NCBI GenBank assembly: GCA_963803975.1
Contig: CAWDOY010000047.1
Location: 96,001-160,000, forward strand
Direction: 5' to 3'
Source of the DNA: an uncultured delta proteobacterium
Lineage (GTDB): Bacteria; Desulfobacterota; WTBG01; CAIYCZ01
DNA: 64,000 nt
Shown here: positions 1-8,913 of the stretch, piece by piece
Layout of the letters: each line of letters starts with the position of its first letter
Numbering within the stretch: the first letter of the stretch is position 1
Translations under genes and position numbers: made by a program
The notes under the pieces: generated by a model
Seen by the model: the letters and a program-made list of their open reading frames with translations, nothing else
Databases searched by the model: none
Told to the model about the DNA's origin: nothing

Positions 1-789
1 TTTCCCGGTCTGTCCGACCTGCTCAGCCACCGGCTTCCAGCCGGCATCAACAGCAGCACGTGATGCACCTACGGTTGCACCGATAATCTCCGCCATATCT
101 TCAAGCAGCTTGAAGCCTGCAGCTTCCTTCATGCCGCGGCCACCGGAAACAATGACTTCCGCCTCGGTGAGATCCACTTTCGCGGCAGCAGTTTTAATCG
201 TTTCGACAATGGTCACACGGATGTCACCGGCTGCAAGTTCTGCGGCTACCTTTTCAACTGGCGCCTTCTTGGATGCATCAGGCGGCGTTGGAATAAGTAC
301 GTTAGGCCGAATAGAAGCCATTATTACCGGCGCATTGGGGAATCCCACATCCGCATATACTTTACCTGCATACATAGGTCTCCGCACGCAGAAATTTCCG
401 CTGTCATCGACTTTTAGTTCAGTACAGTCAGTAGCAAGGCCGGCGTTTACTTTGGCAGCAACTTTTGCAGACAGGTCTTTGCCGACCACGGTTGCGCCAA
501 ACAGTACCATAGAGGGCTGCTGCTTGGTGATGATATCTGCCAGTGCTTTTGCATAACCGTCTGAGGTATAATTGGCAAGCAGCTCATGCTCCACGAAATA
601 GACCTTATCTGCTCCATAAGAAGCGCACTGGTCAGCAACGCTCTCCGGTATATTCTTACCAAGAACAACAGCACATACCTCTTCGCCCTTTTTGGCGGCA
701 ATTGATTTAACCGCGCTTAGTATCTCAAAGGTAACCTTTCTGACTGAAGTTTCAGTCAGCTCTGCGTATACCCAAATTCCTTTTCCCAT
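1..789 (-). CDS. etfA: Electron transfer flavoprotein alpha subunit (3' end beyond window)
   Basis: Manual translation from ATG 789: MGKGIWVYAELTETSVRKVTFEILS...DLTEAEVIVSGGRGM...TVGASRAAVDAGW...QVGQTGK. These are EtfA FAD-binding motifs; the gene lies directly downstream of etfB. Confidence 0.95.
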   Translation of the reverse strand, partial: MGKGIWVYAELTETSVRKVTFEILSAVKSIAAKKGEEVCAVVLGKNIPESVADQCASYGADKVYFVEHELLANYTSDGYAKALADIITKQQPSMVLFGATVVGKDLSAKVAAKVNAGLATDCTELKVDDSGNFCVRRPMYAGKVYADVGFPNAPVIMASIRPNVLIPTPPDASKKAPVEKVAAELAAGDIRVTIVETIKTAAAKVDLTEAEVIVSGGRGMKEAAGFKLLEDMAEIIGATVGASRAAVDAGWKPVAEQVGQTGK

Positions 790-854
790 GGTTAGATCTC
801 CTTTATCGTTATACTTATACAAAAACGTATTGCGTTTAATTACCGGCCGTCCCG

Positions 855-1652
855 TTAAATTGCCTTCGCTTCTTCGCGTAACAGTTTTACCAGTTTTAAA
901 GCTTTTGCTTCCGGCGTCTCTCCATCAATAATTTGCGCAGCTTTCCGTTGCGGCGGGGCATAGCACTTCAGCACTTTTGATTTTGCGCCTGCAGCACCGA
1001 TTTGTGCAGCATCAAGCTTCAGATCAGCGGCTTTGACTGCCTTGATTTCTTTCTTTTTTGCTTTCATAATGCCGGGAAGCGAGGCATAACGCGGCTCATT
1101 GAGACCCTTCTGACAGGTAATAACTGCTGGAAGCGGTAATTCTAAAACTTCTTCTCCACCCACGATCTGGCGGTTCACTTTCACCTTCTTTTTATCCGAA
1201 GCGACTTCAACCTTTACCACCAAATTGGCATGCGGAATATTGAGGTATTCGGCAAGTGCCACAGCCACCTGGGCTGCATCATCATCAATCGCCTGTTTGC
1301 CGCAGAAGATAATATCATATTCCATACCTTTGATCTGCTCGGCCAGGGCACGGGCCGTCGTAAAGGCATCACCGCCATCCAGGGCCGGATCATCAAGGTG
1401 CACGGCTTTATCTGCACCCATTGCCAGTGCCGTCCTGATCGATTCAACACCCCGGTCCGGACCGAGGCAGGCAATAGTTACTGTTCCCTGACCAAATTTC
1501 TCTTTCAGTTTGAGTGCTTCTTCAACCCCATACTCATCATACGGATTAATAATAAACTTAACATCCTGTAAAAGAACATCAGAACCATCCGGCTTTACTC
1601 TGATCTGTGCTTCTGTATCAGGAACCTGTTTTAAACATACAATGCTATTCAC
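855..1652 (-). CDS. etfB: Electron transfer flavoprotein beta subunit
   Basis: VCLKQVPD, INPYDEYGVEEALKLKE, CGKQAIDDD and LNEPRYASLPGIMKAKKK motifs. Confidence 0.96.
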   Translation of the reverse strand: MNSIVCLKQVPDTEAQIRVKPDGSDVLLQDVKFIINPYDEYGVEEALKLKEKFGQGTVTIACLGPDRGVESIRTALAMGADKAVHLDDPALDGGDAFTTARALAEQIKGMEYDIIFCGKQAIDDDAAQVAVALAEYLNIPHANLVVKVEVASDKKKVKVNRQIVGGEEVLELPLPAVITCQKGLNEPRYASLPGIMKAKKKEIKAVKAADLKLDAAQIGAAGAKSKVLKCYAPPQRKAAQIIDGETPEAKALKLVKLLREEAKAI

Positions 1653-1730
1653 GTCTACCTCCCTGTTTACATTAATTTATGATCTTTAAGCTGTTATACA
1701 AGCATCATCAGACTTTTGTTCAGTATGCAG

Positions 1731-1759
1731 TATTTACTCATACGCGGCTGATGTGTCAA
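1731..1759 (-). promoter_or_regulatory. Possible sigma70 promoter of etfBA
   Basis: Minus strand TTGACA-N17-TAAATA; the -10 match is imperfect. Confidence 0.35.
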
Positions 1760-1879
1760 GAATTTTTTCAAGCTATCTAAGCTATCTATTCAAGAATCTC
1801 TCCCCTGCTTGAACGGTGCGTAAACTCTATGGTTCATAGACGCTCTTTGAGCATGGTGCCTGGGTTTTTATCTATGTTT

Positions 1880-2167
1880 AAAAAAGGGGGGATTGGCAGT
1901 CAATCCCATCAATCAATCTACAGCAACTAAGGGTAATTTAGAGGGGATATTTGGGGTTATTTTTTTATTGGGGTGATAGGGGATTGACTGCCAATTTTCG
2001 AACATTTTGTTCTTCTATTTCGTTTCGTATTTGTCCATTAACCCGCTCCTTTTCAGGAGGGGGGCTGGCAATCAACCCATATCAGCAAGCGTTATCAGGT
2101 TGAAAATTCTTCTCCGAGGGGATTACAGGGTCCACAATCATCAGGTTGATTGCCAGCGAATTTTTCA
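1880..2167 (-). ncRNA. Candidate sigma54-dependent small RNA with two homologous stem-loop domains
   Basis: Begins about 12 nt after a -24/-12 promoter. Contains two related inverted-repeat pairs (2064-2077/2144-2157 and 1892-1907/1980-1995) sharing internal ATCCCCTC and TTGCTG motifs, and ends in CCCCCCTTTTTT. Confidence 0.5.
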
Positions 2168-2177
2168 TTGAATAGAG

Positions 2178-2194
2178 AGCAAAATAAATGCCAA
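2178..2194 (-). promoter_or_regulatory. Sigma54 (-24/-12) promoter
   Basis: Minus strand TTGGCATTTATTTTGCT, with GG-N10-GC spacing. Confidence 0.7.
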
Positions 2195-2301
2195 GGCGAT
2201 AAATATTGCCATGGCATTTATAATTTATTGATTATGCTTTATTATTTATATTTTCAGCGGCTTATAAGCATTCCATTTTAGCAATAAACTGGCTCCCTGA
2301 A

Positions 2302-2408
2302 TTGCCATTTTGACAAAGCCATTATAACTACAGCATTATGTGATAAACATTCTAATATGAAAATGAACACTAATATAATGCAAAAACAGCTACTTGACAT
2401 ATTGACAA
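2302..2408. promoter_or_regulatory. Pair of putative enhancer (UAS) sites TTGCCATTTTGACAA (2302-2316) and TTGACATATTGACAA (2394-2408)
   Basis: Imperfect palindromes 110-215 bp upstream of the sigma54 promoter. The same motif recurs upstream of acs. Confidence 0.55.
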
Positions 2409-2412
2409 CCGT

Positions 2413-3831
2413 TTATTCGTTCTCTTCTTTTTCGTCTTTGCTTTTATCAAATCTGCGATAAATTGTTCTTGTTGAAATTCCTAATATTTTTGAAGCAATA
2501 TTCTTATCATCTTTGAACTGCTTAAGCGTTGCTTCCATTACCATCCTTTCAATTTCCTTGAGAGGTGTTCCTATGGGGATGCTCAGCATACGTTCTGCAA
2601 CTGATAAAACTGGGTTCTCCTGGGCAGATTTGATTATTTCCTCCGGGATATCTTCTAGTGTTATTTGATCCCCACGTGTTAATACCACAGCCCGCTCAAC
2701 AGTATTTTCCAGCTCCCGCACATTCCCGGGCCAACTATATTTAGATAAAATTTCCAACGAATCCCTGGAAATTTCAATTAATTTTTTATCATTCTTTTGA
2801 CAATACATCTGCAAAAAATGATGGGCTAACAATGGAATGTCATCTATTCTTTCTCGCAAAGGTGGTATTTTAATATTAATGACATTTAGTCTATAGTATA
2901 AATCTTCACGGAATCGTTTGTTTTCTACTGCCTCTTTCAGGAGAATATTTGTTGCAGCAATAAGCCGAACATCTGCCTTGAAAGTTTTACCCCCCCCCAG
3001 CCGTTCAAACTCACCATTCTGGAGAACCCGGAGAAGTTTAACCTGAACTGAAGGAGTTATTTCACCCACTTCATCTAAAAACAGGGTGCCGCCATGGGCA
3101 AGTTCAAATCGTCCCTCCCTCCGGGCAATGGCCCCGGTAAACGCACCGCGCTCATAACCAAACAACTCAGCCTCAAGCAGTGTTTCAGGAAGTGCTGCAC
3201 AGCTTACTTTTATAAACGGTTTATCATTTCTTGTACTCTGGTCGAGAATTGCCTGGGCAATTACTTCTTTACCAACGCCACTTTCTCCCGTTATGAGAAC
3301 CGTAGCAGAACTGGACGCTACCTGTGAGACCAGTGCCAATACTTTTCTCATAGCCTGGCTTGTCCCAATAACATTTACTCCCCGTTGAGAAGTCTTTAAC
3401 CTTTTGTTTTCGCGACGCAGAGCAGGCTTTTCTAAAGCTTCTCCAACGATATCTACAACTATTTTCCTGTTCACCGGTTTTTGCAGCAGGTAAAACAGCC
3501 CGGAAGAATGCATAAGTTCGGCAGTATCTTCGACTGTTCCATGCCCGGTTATCATTATTACCTCAATCTCCGGTGATATTGCTTTTGCTGTTCTTAAAAG
3601 CGTTACGCCATCGACTTTAGGCATCTTGAGGTCAGTTAAAACGAGGGAAATCTCATGCCTCCGGAGAATAGTAATGCCTTCCTCTCCGTCACCAGCGGTC
3701 ATAACCGTATAACCTTGTTTTTGAAGAATCTTGGTGATACTGTCTCGAATCCCCGGCTCATCATCAACCACAAGGATTGGTTTTTCGCGGGTTAAGTTTA
3801 TTTGCTCTTCAAGATTATATATTTTTTGCAA
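2413..3831 (-). CDS. Sigma54-dependent response regulator (REC-AAA+-HTH, NtrC/AtoC family)
   Basis: LVVDDE...LTDLKMP receiver domain; GESGVGKE Walker A; GAFTGA; LFLDEVGE; WPGNVRELEN; C-terminal Fis-type HTH. Confidence 0.95.
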   Translation of the reverse strand: MQKIYNLEEQINLTREKPILVVDDEPGIRDSITKILQKQGYTVMTAGDGEEGITILRRHEISLVLTDLKMPKVDGVTLLRTAKAISPEIEVIMITGHGTVEDTAELMHSSGLFYLLQKPVNRKIVVDIVGEALEKPALRRENKRLKTSQRGVNVIGTSQAMRKVLALVSQVASSSATVLITGESGVGKEVIAQAILDQSTRNDKPFIKVSCAALPETLLEAELFGYERGAFTGAIARREGRFELAHGGTLFLDEVGEITPSVQVKLLRVLQNGEFERLGGGKTFKADVRLIAATNILLKEAVENKRFREDLYYRLNVINIKIPPLRERIDDIPLLAHHFLQMYCQKNDKKLIEISRDSLEILSKYSWPGNVRELENTVERAVVLTRGDQITLEDIPEEIIKSAQENPVLSVAERMLSIPIGTPLKEIERMVMEATLKQFKDDKNIASKILGISTRTIYRRFDKSKDEKEENE

Positions 3832-3876
3832 TGTTCGATCCTTTAGTAAATAAAATGCAAGCCGCCATCACGGTGG

Positions 3877-5955
3877 TTACGCGTCCCCCTTGAGAAGTTT
3901 TATCGTAAACCGTGTACCCTCTTCCCGCCTGCTTTCACAAAATATTTCACCATTATGCTCGGTAATGATATGTTTGGTAATAGAGAGACCAAGACCGGTG
4001 CCGCCGACTTTAGTGCTGAAAAAAGGGGTAAATATCTGATCGAGGTTTTCATCTGCAATGCCTTCACCGCTATCCATAAAAACAACTTCAATCCATTTAT
4101 CTGCTGAACGGGTTGCAACATCAAGAGTTCCGCCGCCCTTCATGGCCTGAATTGCATTCCGGGTAATATTGATAAACGCCCGGCGAAGCTGTTCGTAATC
4201 AATCTGAGCAGGCGGCAAATTGGGCTCAAATGATTTTTTTAAGATAACTTTATTTACACGAAATTCTTCATTTAAAAAAGAAAAAATTTCCTGGAGAAGC
4301 TGATTAATATCGCCATTGAGCAGTGTTATGGTAGGGAGCCTCGTAAACTGCAGGTATTCATCTATTACTTTGTGCAGACTGTGCAATTCAAATTTAATTA
4401 TTGAAACAAGTTCTTTTGCTTCTTTTGTGTCTACCGTACTATATGCTTCGATTTCATCTTCCAGCAGCTCTGTATTTAATGTCAGTGCGCTCAATGGATT
4501 GCGGATTTCATGCGCTACCTGGGCCGACATCTTGCCAATGATCGCCAGTCGTTCATTCTGGATATTTTCAGCCTGCAGCAGTCTTTCTTTTGTTACATCT
4601 TTTACGTACTCGACAACCCTGACTGTTTTGCCGTTTCTATCTTTAAGCGGGAATGTGTAGAGGTGAAAATAATATTTCCTGCCTCCCAGCGTTATACTGA
4701 CCCGTTCCCTGAAAGCTGGCTGACCTGTTTCAAAGGTCTCTTTCGCCGGACAACCGAGGCAGAGTTCATCCCGCTGCAAAAATACTTCATGACATGGTTT
4801 GCCGAGTAAAAAATCAAGGGGCTTATCCTGCCAGCGGCATATTGCTTCATTCGCCGTGAGCACCCGGTAATATTGATCAATAATCGTAATGCCATCAGTA
4901 ATACCGTTAAAGACTTCCTGGCTCCATTGCAGGTTCTGATTTACCTGCTGATTTTTCTTTTCCTGCCACAGCAGCCACAGTGCACCAATTAAAATAGTGC
5001 CGATGAAACTCCCCAGAAACAGGGCCAGGCGTTTAGTGCTCTCGCTCAGCTGGTCTAACACCTCATTATACGGGGTAGACACACCGATTGACCACCCTAT
5101 TTCGCGCAGCGTGATCGGAGCATAGGCAATCAATTTTTTTGTCAGCCCTTTTGCTTCCGCATGCCAGCCGCTCACATATTCGCCCGTGCCTTCCTGACCT
5201 CTGACCATCTGCTGATTAACAATTTCTTCCAGCCTGCGGGAAGAAAACTCTGGCAAACCCCGTTTAGAAGCCTCTATTGCTTCTATTCCTTCCATGCTTT
5301 TATTAGGATGGGCAATAAGGATACCCCGGTTATCCACCATCCAGGCATAACCAGTCTTCCCTGACCGTATGGGATAAATAAATTTGTTCTTTATGCTGTT
5401 GAAATCAGCGATACAGCAGATCCATGCGGCAGGCTGCTGGTCGCTATCTGCCATAGGGACGCCAATAACAAAAGAGAAAATCGCACGCGGGCTGTCGCCG
5501 ATGGTGGTTATATTCGAAATAAAGGGAACACGGTTGGCCGCTCCGTTGGCAAGCACGCCAGTAAGCCCGATCGTATCCGCTGAAAAGGAAAAAGACTGCG
5601 GGGGATAGCTATAGATAATAGTCCCGTCCGGGTTTGCGAGAAACATGCAGAGTATCTGCCCCTGGTTATTCGCCAGCACAGAGCTGAATATTTTTTCCGC
5701 TGACCGGTTATGTTCCTCAGCCGAGGACAGGATATCTGCTGCAATTCTCAGGGTTCCTTCAATATTACTGATCAGTTCCCTGATACCCCGCGCAGCTTCC
5801 CGAACCAGAAAAAGCTGCTGTTCATTGAACGCATTGGCAGCGTTCAATTCCATAATACGATAGCTGTTAAAACCAATAGCGAGTATGCCCGCAATAATAA
5901 TAATGGTGGCAATCCATATTTTAAACATGGGAAGGAACAGTTTACCCATTCTCAT
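3877..5955 (-). CDS. Membrane sensor histidine kinase (periplasmic Cache-like domain, PAS, HisKA, HATPase)
   Basis: Two TM segments; GYAWMVDNRGILIAHPN Cache motif; AHEIRNPL H-box; N, G1, F and G2 boxes (NAIQAM, DSGEGI, FTPFFSTK, GTGLGL). Confidence 0.93.
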   Translation of the reverse strand: MRMGKLFLPMFKIWIATIIIIAGILAIGFNSYRIMELNAANAFNEQQLFLVREAARGIRELISNIEGTLRIAADILSSAEEHNRSAEKIFSSVLANNQGQILCMFLANPDGTIIYSYPPQSFSFSADTIGLTGVLANGAANRVPFISNITTIGDSPRAIFSFVIGVPMADSDQQPAAWICCIADFNSIKNKFIYPIRSGKTGYAWMVDNRGILIAHPNKSMEGIEAIEASKRGLPEFSSRRLEEIVNQQMVRGQEGTGEYVSGWHAEAKGLTKKLIAYAPITLREIGWSIGVSTPYNEVLDQLSESTKRLALFLGSFIGTILIGALWLLWQEKKNQQVNQNLQWSQEVFNGITDGITIIDQYYRVLTANEAICRWQDKPLDFLLGKPCHEVFLQRDELCLGCPAKETFETGQPAFRERVSITLGGRKYYFHLYTFPLKDRNGKTVRVVEYVKDVTKERLLQAENIQNERLAIIGKMSAQVAHEIRNPLSALTLNTELLEDEIEAYSTVDTKEAKELVSIIKFELHSLHKVIDEYLQFTRLPTITLLNGDINQLLQEIFSFLNEEFRVNKVILKKSFEPNLPPAQIDYEQLRRAFINITRNAIQAMKGGGTLDVATRSADKWIEVVFMDSGEGIADENLDQIFTPFFSTKVGGTGLGLSITKHIITEHNGEIFCESRREEGTRFTIKLLKGDA

Positions 5956-6267
5956 ATCCTCTTAATGTATCCAAATCGTGTTCAGTATGATTCACCAGAT
6001 ACGTACTGCTGCCATGCGCACTATTCTATGAGATGCGTGATGATCTGAAAAGAGTTGAAATAATAGGCAGGGAGTATCGGCAGTAAAATAGATGGCAATT
6101 AAACTCCCGTTCAATAAGGCTTCATAGTCTCTTCTTTTATTTAAAAGTATAACTGCCTTATGTATTAAAATCAATCAAAATTCATGCAACAGCTATGACA
6201 GGAGTTATATCGCAGGGTCACGCGCAAGGGAGAGGTTGAAAAGATAACAGGGGAGAACAGTTTTTGG

Positions 6268-6314
6268 CATAGGGCATTTGGCCGAGGCTTTAAGCCTCGG
6301 CCAAATGCCCTATG
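6268..6314. terminator. Perfect 23-bp-arm inverted repeat immediately downstream of acs
   Basis: catagggcatttggccgaggctt-t-aagcctcggccaaatgccctatg, 10 bp past the acs stop. Confidence 0.55.
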
Positions 6315-6324
6315 GTAACAATTG

Positions 6325-8308
6325 TTATTGTCTTCCTTGAACTAAAACATCTACTACGGCAGGATCAGCAAGGGTCGTGGTGTCACCCAGATCAGAAATT
6401 TGTCCTGCAGCAATCTTTTTCAGAATTCTTCGCATAATCTTTCCGCTTCGGGTCTTGGGAAGACCGTCTGCCCACTGAATCTTATCAGGGGTTGCAATGG
6501 GCCCGATTTCCTTGCGGACATGTGCGACAAGCTCCTTTTTGAGATCATCAGACTTTTCGACACCAACGTTCAGGGTAACGTAGGCATAGATACCTTCGCC
6601 TTTAATCTCATGGGGGAACCCGACAACCGCAGCTTCCGCGACCTTGGGATGGGCAACCAGCGCGCTCTCAACCTCGGCAGTTCCCATGCGGTGACCTGAA
6701 ACATTAATAACGTCATCCAGGCGGCCCATCAGGAAGAAGTCGCCGTCCTGGTCTTTGCGGGCGCCGTCACCGGTGTAGTATCTGTTAGGGAACTGGGTAA
6801 AGTAGGTGTCTTTAAACCGCTGATGATCTCCATAAACGGTTCTCATCATGCCGGGCCATGGTTTGGTAATAGTCAGGTATCCGCCTTCATTGACATCAGC
6901 AGGGGTTCCATTTTCACGGACAATCTCCGCAGCCACGCCAAAGAACGGCCGGTTTGCAGAGCCCGGCTTAATCTTCATGGCACCGGGAATCGGGGTGATA
7001 ATAAAACCGCCGGTCTCGGTCTGCCAGTAGGTGTCAACAATCGGACATCTCCCGCCGCCGATCTTGTTGTAGTACCACATCCATGCCTCAGGATTAATCG
7101 GCTCACCGACGGTGCCCAGGATCCGCAGGCTGCTCAGGTCAATTCCCTCAACCCATTTGTCGCCCTGTGCGGCGATGGCCCGGATTGCGGTCGGTGCGGT
7201 GTAGAACTGATTGACTTTGTATTTCTCAACAATCTTCCAGAACCGTGAATAATCAGGCCAGCTTGGCACACCTTCAAACATGACGCTTGCAGCGCCGTTT
7301 GACAGCGGGCCATAGACAATATAGCTGTGTCCGGTAACCCAGCCGATGTCTGCGGTGCACCAGAAGGTATCCTCATCCTTGAGATCAAAGACATATTTCA
7401 GCGTGGTAGTCACGTACAAGAGATAGCCAGCTGTCGTATGCAGCGCACCCTTGGGCTTTCCCGTTGAACCGCTGGTATACAGGATGAACAGTGGATCTTC
7501 AGCATCCATCTCTTCAGGCTTACAGTATGACCTTGATGTCTTTTGCATTCATCTCCTCATTCCACCAGGAATCGCGACCCTCTTTCATGGCGCACTTTGA
7601 GTTGGTCCGGTTGACAACCAGACAGGAGGTAACGCTGGGACATGTTTCAAGTGCCTGGTCAGCATTAGCCTTCAGGGGGACCGACTTTCCGTTCCGGTAG
7701 GAAGCATCGCTGGTGATGAGGACTTTTGCTTCACAGTCCTGAATTCTGTCTTTCAGGGCGTCTGCACTAAAGCCGCCGAATATGATACTGTGAATTGCGC
7801 CAATGCGTGCGCAGGCAAGCATGGCAATGGGAAGCTCGGGGATCATGGGCAGATAAATGGAAACCCGGTCGCCCTTCTTGACGCCTTTCTTCTTGAGAAC
7901 ATTGGCAAATTTATTCACCTCTGTATACAGCTCCATGTACGTGTAGGTGCGGGCTTCATCGACCGGCTCACCCTGCCACATGAGGGCTGCTTTGTTCTTT
8001 CTCCAGGTTTTTATATGGCGGTCAAGGCAGTTGTAGGAGATATTTAACTTTGATCCCTTAAACCACTCAACCTTTGCTTCCTTGAAATCATAGTTGAGCA
8101 CCTTATCCCACTTCTTGAAAAATTCTATGTTTTCATTTGCCATGTCGCCCCAGAATCCATCTGGATCCTCAATTGAGCGCTTGTACATCTTGTCATACTG
8201 CTCCATGCTGTTGATGTAAGCTGTCTTCTGCAGCTCCTTAGGGACGTCAAAGACCTTCCCCAGACTTGCTAATGTTGTCATTGTTTTTTTCTCTTCTGCC
8301 ATTTCCAT
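6325..8308 (-). CDS. acs: Acetyl-CoA synthetase (AMP-forming); 1-nt frameshift near 7530
   Basis: ORFs 7520-8308 and 6325-7548 join. Motifs [22 protein letters not shown] and [12 protein letters not shown]. Confidence 0.93.
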
Positions 8309-8452
8309 CCTCCGTGTTAGTTTAACGATTTATGGTGTTCAACCCCTAAACGCCATGCTGAGTCAGTATAAAACCCCGTCTGTAATAAAGTTTTAAAGTC
8401 TGTGAAAACCGGCGAGGGGAAAATAATAAAGGCAAGTAATAAGTGAAAATAA

Positions 8453-8469
8453 TTCAAGTAGTATGCCAA
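8453..8469 (-). promoter_or_regulatory. Putative sigma54 promoter of acs
   Basis: Minus strand TTGGCATACTACTTGAA (GG-N10-GA variant). It shares the CGCCTTGGCAT flank with the 2178-2194 promoter. Confidence 0.55.
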
Positions 8470-8539
8470 GGCGTAAAATAATTTTTGCATGTTAATTCAG
8501 ATAGTTTTCCATGTCAATCTATTTTTTATTTCTCTTTAA

Positions 8540-8618
8540 TTGCCATATTGACAAGATGTGATTAAATTGATTACATAAAATTTATACGATATTAGCCGTT
8601 CGCCTGTCAAGTTGGCAA
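8540..8618. promoter_or_regulatory. Pair of putative UAS sites TTGCCATATTGACAA (8540-8554) and TGTCAAGTTGGCAA (8605-8618)
   Basis: Same motif as 2302-2316 and 2394-2408, placed 70-150 bp upstream of the acs sigma54 promoter. Confidence 0.55.
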
Positions 8619-8913
8619 ATGATAATCTAAAAGTTATGTAAATGCCGTCTTTTTAATTTATTTTTTTCATGCTGCTCTCTCAGTACGGACTCTGCCCTGG
8701 AAGAAACAATAGCGGTTAAAGTAACCAGTTCGTTATGAAGAATACATGGTAAAATAAGAAGTTTGAAGATTGCGCTCAGAATCCATCTGCTGTGCAGCGG
8801 GGTCCTTTACTTTCTTTGTGGCTCATTATTTGCACTCAATCTAAATAAAAACATTTTTCAATATCATTATTTGAAATGGAAGCTCATTAATAATCAGAGC
8901 ATAATTACAAAAT

